Part shown: positions 9,390 through 18,722 of the stretch, one piece after another
How the letters are laid out: each line of letters opens with the position of its first letter
Position numbering within the stretch: position 1 is the stretch's first letter
The notes under the pieces: model-generated
The model's database searches: none
What the model was told of the DNA's origin: nothing
What the model saw: the letters and a program-made list of their open reading frames with translations, nothing else
Program-made: the position numbers and the translations under genes
Origin: Candidatus Kapaibacterium sp.
GTDB taxonomy: Bacteria; Bacteroidota; Ignavibacteria; Kapaibacteriales; UBA2268
Length of the DNA: 64,000 nucleotides
Assembly (NCBI GenBank): GCA_963664875.1
Contig: OY761611.1
Coordinates: 3,424,001 to 3,488,000, forward strand
Direction: 5' to 3'

Positions 9390-10235
9390 TTAAAATGTGT
9401 AATTTGTTGCGGAAAGGATTACTGCCTCCTCGTAGCTGAGAGAAGCGTCTTGCGTTTGTAGAGCTTTTGCCTGTCTGTGCAAATCGAGCCTTTCGGGAAG
9501 AACATCTGCATCGTCAAATTCATCGTTATATGATTTAGTAAAGTCAAATTGTATATCAACTTTATCCGGTTTGATAGAGCTGAACATATTTCGGGTGTGT
9601 TCGAGCAAATCTGTTTCGTTCTTTTTGTCATATTGAAAAACAAGCTCGAGCAAGTCCTCGACAACAGTACGATGAGCCGGATTAATCTTAAGCCCCTGAT
9701 TAATATCAGTAAGCGACTCGGCAAAAGCTGCGAACTCACGTCTTCGCATATTAAGCTCTAAGCCTTCGATTTGCTCACGCAATTCCATATTTTCGCGCTC
9801 TGCCTCAGAAAATTGGCTACCCTCAAGCTCCACTTCCGAATATTCAGTTATATCAGAAAACTGCACAGGTTGCAAACCCTTCACCGCCGGAGAGGCAGCT
9901 CCCAAAAAGCCCACATGACGCAAAAGCATATCAGGGTAAAGAGCGATAGACACCTTTTTGTATCTACCACGCCTGATTTCTTCGGCAAACTCCGCATTCA
10001 TATCTTTAACTTTAGCGAGAAGAGTATCATTTCTGCGAGCAAGTCGCGCTACCCAGCCATAAGCCGGTGAGTCAGTTTTGGGATGTCCTTTGACTATCGG
10101 AGCAAGAAAAGCATCGCTACTTTCCGTCCGTGAATTGTAAGCATAAGCGATAGCATCTAAGCTGCCTGCGTTATACTCTTTAGTGTTGCCGGCAGAGTCA
10201 GTATGCCGACCGGTTTTAAAAACTTCTATCCACAT
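9390..10235 (-). CDS. Mu I-like prohead protease/scaffold
   Basis: WIEVFKTGRHTDSAG, APIVKGHP, PAYGWV, YKKVS, LRHVGFLGA.SPAVKGL; C-terminal coiled coil ending SYEEAV. Confidence 0.88.
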   Translation of the reverse strand: MWIEVFKTGRHTDSAGNTKEYNAGSLDAIAYAYNSRTESSDAFLAPIVKGHPKTDSPAYGWVARLARRNDTLLAKVKDMNAEFAEEIRRGRYKKVSIALYPDMLLRHVGFLGAASPAVKGLQPVQFSDITEYSEVELEGSQFSEAERENMELREQIEGLELNMRRREFAAFAESLTDINQGLKINPAHRTVVEDLLELVFQYDKKNETDLLEHTRNMFSSIKPDKVDIQFDFTKSYNDEFDDADVLPERLDLHRQAKALQTQDASLSYEEAVILSATNYTF

Positions 10236-10470
10236 AAATATGTACCTTGTAAATGATAAAAAATGAGCTGCAGCTTTTATTTCAAATACAAAGTACATTT
10301 TACTCAGACTATAAAAAGAAAAGCATTTTTAAAATATTTTATAAACCATTTAAAAAATAAATAGTGAGCAAATCAAAATATTAAGTATAATATTTAATAC
10401 AATACGAACACAAGAGTTGTAAATTTGTACTATAGAAGATAGATAATCACTTAGTAATTTGTTGCAAAAA

Positions 10471-10860
10471 AGAGCCTGAAAGGCTCAAAGCAAATAGCAA
10501 AAGTCTTATTGCAAAGAATAAAAAAAATTCCCCTCTTGAGCGATGTGCTGAGCGAGCACAGCGAGTCGAAGTAGGGTGCCCTGAAAGGGCGGGGTGGAAA
10601 AGAACCTTATATCTACCACTACTCTAAAAAATATATCGCCGAAGTTATTTATATAGAAAACATACTGCATACTCTGAAAATTTGTGCTTCGTGTGTTTCC
10701 ACCCCGCCTCACCTTCGGTGAGCCACCCCTCAAGAGGGGAATGGTGAGGGTTTTGGCTCAAAATATTAGAGAAAGAGCCTGAAAGGCTCAAAACAATTAG
10801 CCCGGGGCAGCGCCCCGGGAAAAGAAACGTCCACACCCTCGTTTTCTATACCGAGCTAAG
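10471..10860. repeat. Cluster of palindromic repeats, including a MITE-like element 10528-10741 with terminal inverted repeats
   Basis: GAGCCTGAAAGGCTC at 10472 and 10775; TTCCCCTCTTGAG...CCCCTCAAGAGGGGAA; TTAGCCCGGGGCAGCGCCCCGGG. Confidence 0.85.
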
Positions 10861-10918
10861 CGAGGTGAGTGGCGAAAACAAAAACTAAAACTAAAACTAA
10901 ACATAGGAAATCTAAACC

Positions 10919-12766
10919 ATGAAACAACTTATACTATTTATCTTACTCGTGCCGGTGCTGCTAAATGCCGAACTCTATGAAGGCTCTGACTCATTAAAGC
11001 CTAAAAAGGAATATACATATAAAGCAAAAGGTGGTTTAGATATTGACCCTAATCTACTTGAGGACTTAATTCCTGACGACCCTCGAATAAAGTTTGCTAC
11101 TTATTTCTGTGGTTCAGGTGGAGATGCTGTTATGGATTTACAAATTGACTCTGAAGGAAATATATTAGCTATTGGAAATACTATGAGTGACGATTTGCCA
11201 ATGGTTGGTAACTCTTTTGCCACTGATAAAGGAATTTGGATAGATGCTTTTATTGTCAAATTTGACACGTTGGGTTTCCCTATTTGGAGTACATATTTTG
11301 GAGGCAAAGGAGAAGACAGAGGTATTAGATTAGAAGTAGATTCGAAGGATAATATTATTATTGCAGGCGCTACTAATTCTGCAAATTTTCCTCTAAAAGG
11401 AGAATTTGACCAAGACAGTATAAAAGGCGAAGCTGATATTTACATAGCAAAATTTGATAAAGACGGAAACTTGCTTTGGAGTAGATTGTTTGGTGGCAGT
11501 GGATTAGATCAGTCTTTTGGTCTTGCAATTGATGCTGATGATAACATATATGTTGCCGGTAATACTATGAGTACAGATATTGTCAGAAGCGACTGGACTT
11601 ACCAGCCTGAATATGCTTATTATTATAAAAATTTTGCAACATATTCTGATGGAGTGTTTGCAAAATTCAGTCCAAGTGGCAAACATATTTGGTCAAGTTA
11701 TTTGGGTGCTGGAGAAACAGAACACTTAGAAGACATCGATGTTTATAATGATGAAATTACTGTTGTAGGCAGAGTTTCTGCAAATTTTGCACATCCTAAA
11801 ATTAATCCAAGATATATTCGCGGAACTGAAGACGCTATTCAACAAGTACCTTGTGATACATTTTATTATGAAAACTACACACCTTACGATCCATTTATAG
11901 CAAAATTTTCAACCGACAGTTGTAAGCTTAAATACTTTACGTATTACTGTACTGAGGCTAAAAGATTTAATCCAAGTGATAATTATTATTATTTTTCCGA
12001 TTATGATGCAAGAGGCAACTATATATTAGTAATTAATGCTGACAACTTCATGCAAGTCAAAGGTTCTCCTTTTAAGACATATAACGAAAAAGAAATTGGA
12101 GGGGTTATGATGCTTTCTCTTAGTCAAGAAAATATAGCCAATTGGGATTGGGACATTTGTGCTGGACGTGGATTTACAGATGTAGCTTTTCATATTGATA
12201 ATAATATTTTTTGGGGGGATGTCACAGCATACAAAGATCTCTTTCCGGAAGATGATAGACATATTAATAATAGAGAAAGTGCTATTCAAAGATCACCTTT
12301 GTTTATGAGATTTGACTTAAAAAACTACACTCAATGGTATTCTTACCATCCTCACTTTAATGCAGATTCTAAACTTATATCAAAAGATAATATTGTTTAC
12401 CTTATGGCGAGATCCCATGATTACCATATTCTTAAAAATGCTTATTCAGAACAATATTATCCTTATTCTTTATATTTTATGAATTTTGATATGAGAGAAG
12501 ATTTTGGTTACTCAAGTATTGAGACAGGGACTAATTATAGCTCAAATATCTATGTTTATCCTACAATAGCTATGGAATCTATCACTATATCCTCAGAGGA
12601 TTCCATAAATCAAATTCAAATCTATGATTTACTCGGTAAGCAATTATATTCACAAGATTTGAAACTCCCATTAAACGAGTTAGAAATAAATGTAGAGAAC
12701 TATGCAGACGGAATGTACTTCATTCTGTTAAATAATAAATACTTTTTTAAATTTATTAAGGAGTAA
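10919..12766 (+). CDS. T9SS type A sorting domain protein with SBBP beta-propeller repeats
   Basis: Signal peptide; repeated TYFGG.G.D...IDS.GNI..AG.T.S.DFP-type units; C-terminal VYP...IYDLLGK...GMYF...KFIK. Confidence 0.88.
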   Translation: MKQLILFILLVPVLLNAELYEGSDSLKPKKEYTYKAKGGLDIDPNLLEDLIPDDPRIKFATYFCGSGGDAVMDLQIDSEGNILAIGNTMSDDLPMVGNSFATDKGIWIDAFIVKFDTLGFPIWSTYFGGKGEDRGIRLEVDSKDNIIIAGATNSANFPLKGEFDQDSIKGEADIYIAKFDKDGNLLWSRLFGGSGLDQSFGLAIDADDNIYVAGNTMSTDIVRSDWTYQPEYAYYYKNFATYSDGVFAKFSPSGKHIWSSYLGAGETEHLEDIDVYNDEITVVGRVSANFAHPKINPRYIRGTEDAIQQVPCDTFYYENYTPYDPFIAKFSTDSCKLKYFTYYCTEAKRFNPSDNYYYFSDYDARGNYILVINADNFMQVKGSPFKTYNEKEIGGVMMLSLSQENIANWDWDICAGRGFTDVAFHIDNNIFWGDVTAYKDLFPEDDRHINNRESAIQRSPLFMRFDLKNYTQWYSYHPHFNADSKLISKDNIVYLMARSHDYHILKNAYSEQYYPYSLYFMNFDMREDFGYSSIETGTNYSSNIYVYPTIAMESITISSEDSINQIQIYDLLGKQLYSQDLKLPLNELEINVENYADGMYFILLNNKYFFKFIKE

Positions 12767-12769
12767 AAC

Positions 12770-13029
12770 TTCCCCTCTTGAGGGGTGCGTGAGCGAAGCG
12801 AGGGCGGGGTGGAAAAGAACCTTATATCTACCACTACTCTAAAAAATATATCGCCGAAGTTATTTATATAGAAAACATACTGCATACTCTGAAAATTTGT
12901 GCTTCGTGTGTTTCCACCCCGCCTCACCTTCGGTGAGCCATAGCTCGAGAGGGGAATGATCAGCTAAGGTCACTGCATCTCGACTCATTTTATTCGCTCG
13001 ATAACCGCGAGTGTAACGAGTCGAAGTGC
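12770..13029. repeat. Second copy of the MITE-like element (12770-12957) plus a 58-bp hairpin repeat (12972-13029)
   Basis: Interior matches 10585-10725; the hairpin ACTGCATCTCGACTC...GAGTCGAAGTGC recurs at 14690 and 16189. Confidence 0.88.
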
Positions 13030-13072
13030 GGGCTGAAAAAACAAAAAAACACAAACACAAGGATAAATAATT

Positions 13073-14404
13073 ATGCAAAAAATTCTAATACTAATATTTC
13101 TAACACTTGTATTTCCCGACAAGGAAGCATATAGCCAAACAGAAGATGTTGTGTGGCTAAAAGAAAATTTCTATTTGGAAGAGTTTAAATTCCATCCTAC
13201 TCAGGATATTTTTACTTCTTTCAATCAGTATTGGAAGGGTTTAAAAATATTTGATAAAATGACAGGTGATTCGATTGGTATGTTTCCTATGGGCGACTCG
13301 GTAAGAGGGCTGCAATATACTTTTAATACGGACGGCTCTTTGCTGGCTAGTTTCAGTTGTCCTGGTGTCATTCGTTTATGGAATTTTGAAACGAAGGAAC
13401 AAATGATTGAGTCAAGCATTGAATATTTACTTGATGCAGATTTAAAGAAGAATTTCTATGTTGGCTCTATCGATATATCTAATGATAATAAATATATTGC
13501 ACTTGGACTTTTTGGAGCTGGTTTTGTAGTATTTGATATTGAAAAAAATAAAGTTATAAAACATCAGTATTGGGAATATGATCATCCCAAATGGGGAAAA
13601 TCATTTATGGGAAGTGACTACGTAGAAATTAGTCCGGATAATAATTTAGTATTAGTTATTAGAAACCCGGCAGACAATATGCCTCAAATGATATTTTTAT
13701 ATAATATCAAAAAAAACAAAACAGAATATTTTGATATGGGATCGCATGCGATATTTTCTCCTACAGATAATGTCATGTATTATTTTAGAGATGCTTATGA
13801 TGATCAAACAGGAGAAGTGAAAAGTCTTGGTAGGTATTACGTAAATTTTGATATCAGTGATGAACCTATCAAAAGCCCTGCTAGTTTGTCAGATTGTGTT
13901 TTCTCCTTTGATGGAAAATTTATTGTTGTAAGATCAAAAATGTATTATGAAAGCATATTCTATCAACCTTACATATATAAAACTGATGATTTGTATAACT
14001 TTGCTTACAAAAGACCTTTTAATGATGTGTTCAAAATTGGAAGATGTATTTTAGATTACTCAAACAATTTTATATTGGGTGGTTCAAATCAAGGATTAGC
14101 TTTGTTAGATTTAAAAGGTGTGTTAACTTCAGCCAAAGAGGATATTAATGATAGCATAAAAATATTCCCAAATCCTGCAAATAAAACCATAACAATAAAA
14201 ACATATATAGAACATACCGGTTTACTCAAAATTGAAATTCAGAATATAGATGCTTCCATAAATCAGACTTTAAAAAAAGAAATTGTAGAAGTAGGTGAAT
14301 ATTCAGAAGAATTTGATATTAGTGCGATGCCACAAGGTACTTACTTCATTACTCTTGAGTTTTCAGGTCAAACAGAGAGTAGAAAAATTGTGGTGGTGAG
14401 GTAG
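13073..14404 (+). CDS. WD40-like beta-propeller protein with T9SS type A sorting domain (copy 1)
   Basis: Signal peptide; FHP/FNTDG/ISND/ISPD/FSP blades; C-terminal IFPNPA...GTYF...KIVVVR. Confidence 0.85.
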   Translation: MQKILILIFLTLVFPDKEAYSQTEDVVWLKENFYLEEFKFHPTQDIFTSFNQYWKGLKIFDKMTGDSIGMFPMGDSVRGLQYTFNTDGSLLASFSCPGVIRLWNFETKEQMIESSIEYLLDADLKKNFYVGSIDISNDNKYIALGLFGAGFVVFDIEKNKVIKHQYWEYDHPKWGKSFMGSDYVEISPDNNLVLVIRNPADNMPQMIFLYNIKKNKTEYFDMGSHAIFSPTDNVMYYFRDAYDDQTGEVKSLGRYYVNFDISDEPIKSPASLSDCVFSFDGKFIVVRSKMYYESIFYQPYIYKTDDLYNFAYKRPFNDVFKIGRCILDYSNNFILGGSNQGLALLDLKGVLTSAKEDINDSIKIFPNPANKTITIKTYIEHTGLLKIEIQNIDASINQTLKKEIVEVGEYSEEFDISAMPQGTYFITLEFSGQTESRKIVVVR

Positions 14405-14427
14405 AAATCAATTACGAATTTTAGTGG

Positions 14428-14747
14428 GAGCCTGAAAGGCTCGAAGCAAATAGCAAAAGTCTTATTGCAAAGAATAAAAAAACTTCCCCTCTTGAGCGAT
14501 GTGCTGAGCGAGCATAGCGAGTCGAAGTAGGGTGGAAACAAACGAAGCACAAATTTAAACAACATAAAAAATATAAATTAAATAGATAAGTTTAGCGATA
14601 CTATTTTCTGGGGCAGTGATTTGGATAAGATATTTATCCACCTCGTCTTACCTTCGGTGAGCCATCGCTCGAGAGAGGGGAATGGGCAGACTGCATCTCG
14701 ACTCATTTTATTCGCTCGATAACCGCGAGTGTAACGAGTCGAAGTGC
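14428..14747. repeat. Palindromic repeat cluster between the duplicated genes
   Basis: 14428-14534 nearly matches 10472-10578; inverted ends at 14484 and 14682; 58-bp hairpin at 14690-14747. Confidence 0.85.
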
Positions 14748-14789
14748 GGGCTGAAAAAACAAAAAACACAAACACAAGGATAAATAATT

Positions 14790-16121
14790 ATGCAAAAAAT
14801 TCTAATACTAATATTTCTAACACTTGTATTTCCCGCCAAGGAAGCATATAGCCAAACTGAAGATGTTGTGTGGCTTAAAGAGGGAGTTAATTTGAATGAG
14901 TTTAAATTCCATCCTACTCAGGATATTTTTACTTCCTTCAATGAGTATTGGAAGGGGTTAAAAATATTTGATAAAATGACTGGGGATTCTATAGGAATGT
15001 TTCCTATGGGCGACTCGGTAAGAGGGCTGCAATATACTTTTAATACGGACGGCTCTTTGCTGGCTAGTTTCAGTTGTCCTGGTGTCATTCGTTTATGGAA
15101 TTTTGAAACGAAGGAACAAATGATTGAGTCAAGCATTGAATATTTACTTGATGCAGATTTAAAGAAGAATTTCTATGTTGGCTCTATCGATATATCTAAT
15201 GATAATAAATATATTGCACTTGGACTTTTTGGAGCTGGTTTTGTAGTATTTGATATTGAAAAAAATAAAGTTATAAAACATCAGTATTGGGAATATGATC
15301 ATCCCAAATGGGGAAAATCATTTATGGGAAGTGACTACGTAGAAATTAGTCCGGATAATAATTTAGTATTAGTTATTAGAAACCCGGCAGACAATATGCC
15401 TCAAATGATATTTTTATATAATATCAAAAAAAACAAAACAGAATATTTTGATATGGGATCGCATGCGATATTTTCTCCTACAGATAATGTCATGTATTAT
15501 TTTAGAGATGCTTATGATGATCAAACAGGAGAAGTGAAAAGTCTTGGTAGGTATTACGTAAATTTTGATATCAGTGATGAACCTATCAAAAGCCCTGCTA
15601 GTTTGTCAGATTGTGTTTTCTCCTTTGATGGAAAATTTATTGTTGTAAGATCAAAAATGTATTATGAAAACATATTCTATCGACCTTACATATACAAAAC
15701 TGATGATTTGCATCACTTTGCATACAAAAGACCTTATAATGATGTTTTTACAATCGGAAGATGTATTTTAGATTACTCAAACAATTTTATATTAGGTGGT
15801 TCAAATCAAGGATTAGCATTATTAGATTTAAAAGGTGTTTTAACTTCAGCCAAAGAAGATGCTAATGATAGCATAAAAGTATTCCCAAATCCTGCAAATA
15901 AAACCATAACAATAAAAACAGATATAGAACATACCGGTTTACTCAAAATTGAAATTCAGAATATAGATGCTTCCATAAATCAGACTTTAAAAAAAGAAAT
16001 TGTAGAAGCAGGTGAATATTCAGAAGAATTTGATATTAGTGCGCTGCCACAAGGTACTTACTTCATTACTATTGAGTTTTCAGGTCAAACAGAAAGTAGA
16101 AAAATTGTGGTGGTGAGGTAG
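14790..16121 (+). CDS. WD40-like beta-propeller T9SS protein (copy 2, tandem duplicate)
   Basis: 443 aa, same length and nearly identical to 13073-14404. Confidence 0.85.
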   Translation: MQKILILIFLTLVFPAKEAYSQTEDVVWLKEGVNLNEFKFHPTQDIFTSFNEYWKGLKIFDKMTGDSIGMFPMGDSVRGLQYTFNTDGSLLASFSCPGVIRLWNFETKEQMIESSIEYLLDADLKKNFYVGSIDISNDNKYIALGLFGAGFVVFDIEKNKVIKHQYWEYDHPKWGKSFMGSDYVEISPDNNLVLVIRNPADNMPQMIFLYNIKKNKTEYFDMGSHAIFSPTDNVMYYFRDAYDDQTGEVKSLGRYYVNFDISDEPIKSPASLSDCVFSFDGKFIVVRSKMYYENIFYRPYIYKTDDLHHFAYKRPYNDVFTIGRCILDYSNNFILGGSNQGLALLDLKGVLTSAKEDANDSIKVFPNPANKTITIKTDIEHTGLLKIEIQNIDASINQTLKKEIVEAGEYSEEFDISALPQGTYFITIEFSGQTESRKIVVVR

Positions 16122-16144
16122 AAATCAATTACGAATTTTAGTGG

Positions 16145-16291
16145 GAGACTGAAAGGCTCGAAGCTATTAGCCCTAGGCAGCAAAGGTGACTGCATCTCGA
16201 CTCATTTTATTCGCTCGATAACCGCGAGTGTAACGAGTCGAAGTGCAGGAGAAAGGCACCCCCACACCACCGTTTTTTGAAAACCGAGCTC
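16145..16291. repeat. Palindromic repeat cluster with the third 58-bp hairpin (16189-16246)
   Basis: GAGACTGAAAGGCTC, TTAGCCCTAGG, the 58-bp hairpin, and a CCACACC..CGTTTT..ACCGAGCT motif also seen at about 10831-10857. Confidence 0.8.
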
Positions 16292-16415
16292 GATGTAAAG
16301 TATCGCAGTAAAGCTTGCGGAAAAGCTCGCTAAAGTTAAGAATATAATGCAATTTGAGACTTACGAGACTGCCTACCAATAAACAAGATTATGACCTAGC
16401 TCACTCTCCGCTTTT

Positions 16416-17723
16416 CTACTTCCCGTCATTATACACTCTGCCGTATATCAGCAGCGAAATAGCAGAAAGCAAGCCTATCCCTGCGAACACATACCATAAA
16501 TAATGTGCATTAGCATATAACTGCTCATGCGGAATGCCTGCATATTGCGGAAGTTTCGGATTCGGACAGAAAGTATCTAATAAAAAACCGGATAAAATAA
16601 AGCCTAAAAGATTTGAAATAAACGAATCTAAATGGCTAAATCCCATATACAAGCCTTCTTGGCCCTTCGGCGCCTGCAACGAGAAATATTCCAAATATCT
16701 CGGAGAAATAAAACTTTCTGCTAATCCCTGAAATACTATGCCGATAATCATCATTAGAGTAATAGGGTGCATTGAAAAACCAATAATGCTGATAGAATTC
16801 CCTGTGATTTCGCCCAATATATGACCGGTTGCCATTGTAAAAGCTGACAAAGGCATTAGCAGCATACCAATGCTCATTGCCGTGATTGCTTTGAAGCGTT
16901 TCATTAGCTCTGTAACAAGATACACCATTGTTACCACTACCAGCGGGTTAACGTTTGCTATCCATTCCGGTTTGGCTTCTTCGCCGATTAGCCTGATTAC
17001 GTATTTAGGCATCGATGCGTAAAGTTGCTGCTGGATTATCCAAAATCCCGAAACTATCACTATCAAAATCATCAGCCTGCGGTTTGTAAGCAACATCTTT
17101 AAGCCATTGATAATTTCGTCGAGTGTTTTGTTTGTTTCATTTGCATCTACATTCCTATAAAAAAGCAGAACCATGATAAAAGCGACAAGTGACAAACCGC
17201 CTGCATAAATATTGATCCACTGCACACCAAAATCGAGGCGGATAGGGTAGGCAAAGGTTTTACCAAGAAACGAACCCACATTGACCAACATATAAAATAT
17301 TGAAAACGCTTTAGCTCTGTTTTCTGCTGTAGATGATTTGGCTACAGTCCCTGCAATTATTGATTTAATGAACGAGCCGCCAAACATCAAAATTGCGAGC
17401 GACAAAAGCACTGTCAGCTTGGTGGGGACAAATGCAAGTGTGAAATAACCAACAGTAAGCATCGCAAATGCAAGAATAATAGCCTTGCGAAAGCCTATTT
17501 TATCAGAATATGTGCCGGTAAACATCGGCAGCAGGTATAAACCCGAAGAAAATACGCCAACAATAATGCCTGTTTCAATGTCTGTGAAGCCCACAACATC
17601 AGTAAGGTATAAAGTAATTGAAATAAACATTGCGTAAAAAGCGGAACGTTCGAGCAGTTCTACAAAATTTGCATTCCAAAATGTGCCGGAATATCCAAAG
17701 TAAGTTTTCAGTTTGCCTTCCAA
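16416..17723 (-). CDS. MFS transporter, POT/PTR peptide-transporter-like
   Basis: ELLERSAFYAM (ExxERFxYY-like), SDKIGFRK, AFSIFYMLVNVG; many TM segments; TTG start after GGAG. Confidence 0.85.
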   Translation of the reverse strand: MEGKLKTYFGYSGTFWNANFVELLERSAFYAMFISITLYLTDVVGFTDIETGIIVGVFSSGLYLLPMFTGTYSDKIGFRKAIILAFAMLTVGYFTLAFVPTKLTVLLSLAILMFGGSFIKSIIAGTVAKSSTAENRAKAFSIFYMLVNVGSFLGKTFAYPIRLDFGVQWINIYAGGLSLVAFIMVLLFYRNVDANETNKTLDEIINGLKMLLTNRRLMILIVIVSGFWIIQQQLYASMPKYVIRLIGEEAKPEWIANVNPLVVVTMVYLVTELMKRFKAITAMSIGMLLMPLSAFTMATGHILGEITGNSISIIGFSMHPITLMMIIGIVFQGLAESFISPRYLEYFSLQAPKGQEGLYMGFSHLDSFISNLLGFILSGFLLDTFCPNPKLPQYAGIPHEQLYANAHYLWYVFAGIGLLSAISLLIYGRVYNDGK

Positions 17724-17972
17724 GTTGTCTGTACTCCATTATGATTGTAGTTTGTGAATAGTAATCAGATTTATCGGAAAACAATTTAAAAAATATTTAC
17801 AATTTTGGGCTATTAAAAATGTAAATCAACTAAAATCAGATATTTAAGAATATGTTGGCAAAAGAAAAATAATAAGAATTATGCAGTTCTATTATGATAT
17901 GTAAATGGTGAATATAACGTGATATAGGAGAAAGTTGGAAAAAACAGAGTAGGGGAGAGCATAAGGTATAAT

Positions 17973-18009
17973 AAAAAAAAGTTGCTTCTCGGATAGAAAG
18001 AAGCAACTT
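17973..18009 (-). terminator. Intrinsic terminator downstream of tRNA-Arg
   Basis: A8-GTTGCTTCT...AGAAGCAACT stem; T-tract on the minus strand. Confidence 0.7.
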
Positions 18010-18045
18010 GCAGCTTTTTGAAAATCTTAGATTTTCTTACATTAG

Positions 18046-18119
18046 TACGCCAGAAAGGATTCGAACCTTTGGCCTACAGCTTAGAAGGCTGTTGCTCTAT
18101 CCAGCTGAGCTACTGGCGC
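18046..18119 (-). tRNA. tRNA-Arg(TCT)
   Basis: Reverse complement GCGCCAGTAGCTCAGCTGGATAGAGCAACAGCCTTCTAAGCTGTAGGCCAAAGGTTCGAATCCTTTCTGGCGTA; anticodon loop CTTCTAA; CCA not encoded. Confidence 0.96.
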
Positions 18120-18202
18120 GTCATTTAATGTGATACAAACTTACGGCTTTTTTGAATTACATGCAAGAAAAAAAATATTTTTTTTATACGTTATTTTTTG
18201 CT

Positions 18203-18232
18203 TGCATTGTATCGATTATTGCCGTATATTTG
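18203..18232 (+). promoter_or_regulatory. Putative promoter of the SRP RNA
   Basis: TTGCAT-16 nt-TATATT(TG) just upstream of ffs. Confidence 0.45.
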
Positions 18233-18247
18233 TATCATAAATTTTTG

Positions 18248-18340
18248 GTCAAGCCCTTTGTGGTTAAGTCAAACCCAATCCCGCCAGGTCCGGAAGGAAG
18301 CAACGGTAAGTTTCGTCTTAAGGCACAAAGTAAGCTTGGC
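18248..18340 (+). ncRNA. ffs: Signal recognition particle RNA (4.5S)
   Basis: Domain IV motif CAGGTCCGGAAGGAAGCAAC; closing stem GTCAAGC/GCTTGGC followed by a T-tract. Confidence 0.92.
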
Positions 18341-18517
18341 TTTTTTTTTATATTTACAAACCTAACAAATAAATCCCCAATTTAATAAAGTAAATCCCCA
18401 ACTTTATCAAGCAAATTCCTCAAAATATCATCGGCAATAATAGCACAGATAAAAAATTTGCTATATTGCAAACAAATCTCAACTTGAAAGATTATTTGGA
18501 AAAGATAAGAAAATCAG

Positions 18518-18722
18518 TCGGCAAGGAACTCGATCGAGAAAGCGAACTGGGCGACCACGGCGTACGTAAAGTAGATTACGGGCTGGGCAGGTTTACTACT
18601 ATAGATCTAAGGTCACTGAGCGAGCGCAGCGAGTCGAAGTGTGGGAGAAATACTACGCATGGTCTCCGTACCAGTATAGTATGAATAATCCGGTGAGTTT
18701 GGCGGATTGGAATGGGAAGGAT
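18518..18722 (+). repeat. Rhs core remnant 1 (frameshifted by a palindromic insert at 18607-18641)
   Basis: Translates GKELDRESELGDHGVRKVDYGLGRFTTID / WEKYYAWSPYQYSMNNPVSLADWNG, the conserved end of an Rhs core. Confidence 0.9.

Noticed and set aside
3805-10235. Complete prophage or encapsulin locus
   Set aside because: No terminase, tail, integration or replication genes are recognisable. The portal, protease and adaptor genes argue against an encapsulin.
13073-16121. Diversity-generating retroelement template/variable pair
   Set aside because: No reverse transcriptase is present, differences are not confined to adenines, and the whole gene is duplicated.
10506-16379. Short minus-strand ORFs in the repeat clusters (10506, 10645, 12700, 12860, 14368, 14578, 16173)
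   Set aside because: They are translations of palindromic repeats, and recur only because the DNA repeats do.
17599-17784. MEYRQLGR, resembling an aldo/keto reductase N-terminus
   Set aside because: It is out of frame with and overlaps the MFS gene, and similarity ends after eight residues. The GGAG there is better read as the MFS ribosome-binding site.
18152-18385. 77-aa ORF
   Set aside because: Overlaps the SRP RNA gene and its promoter.
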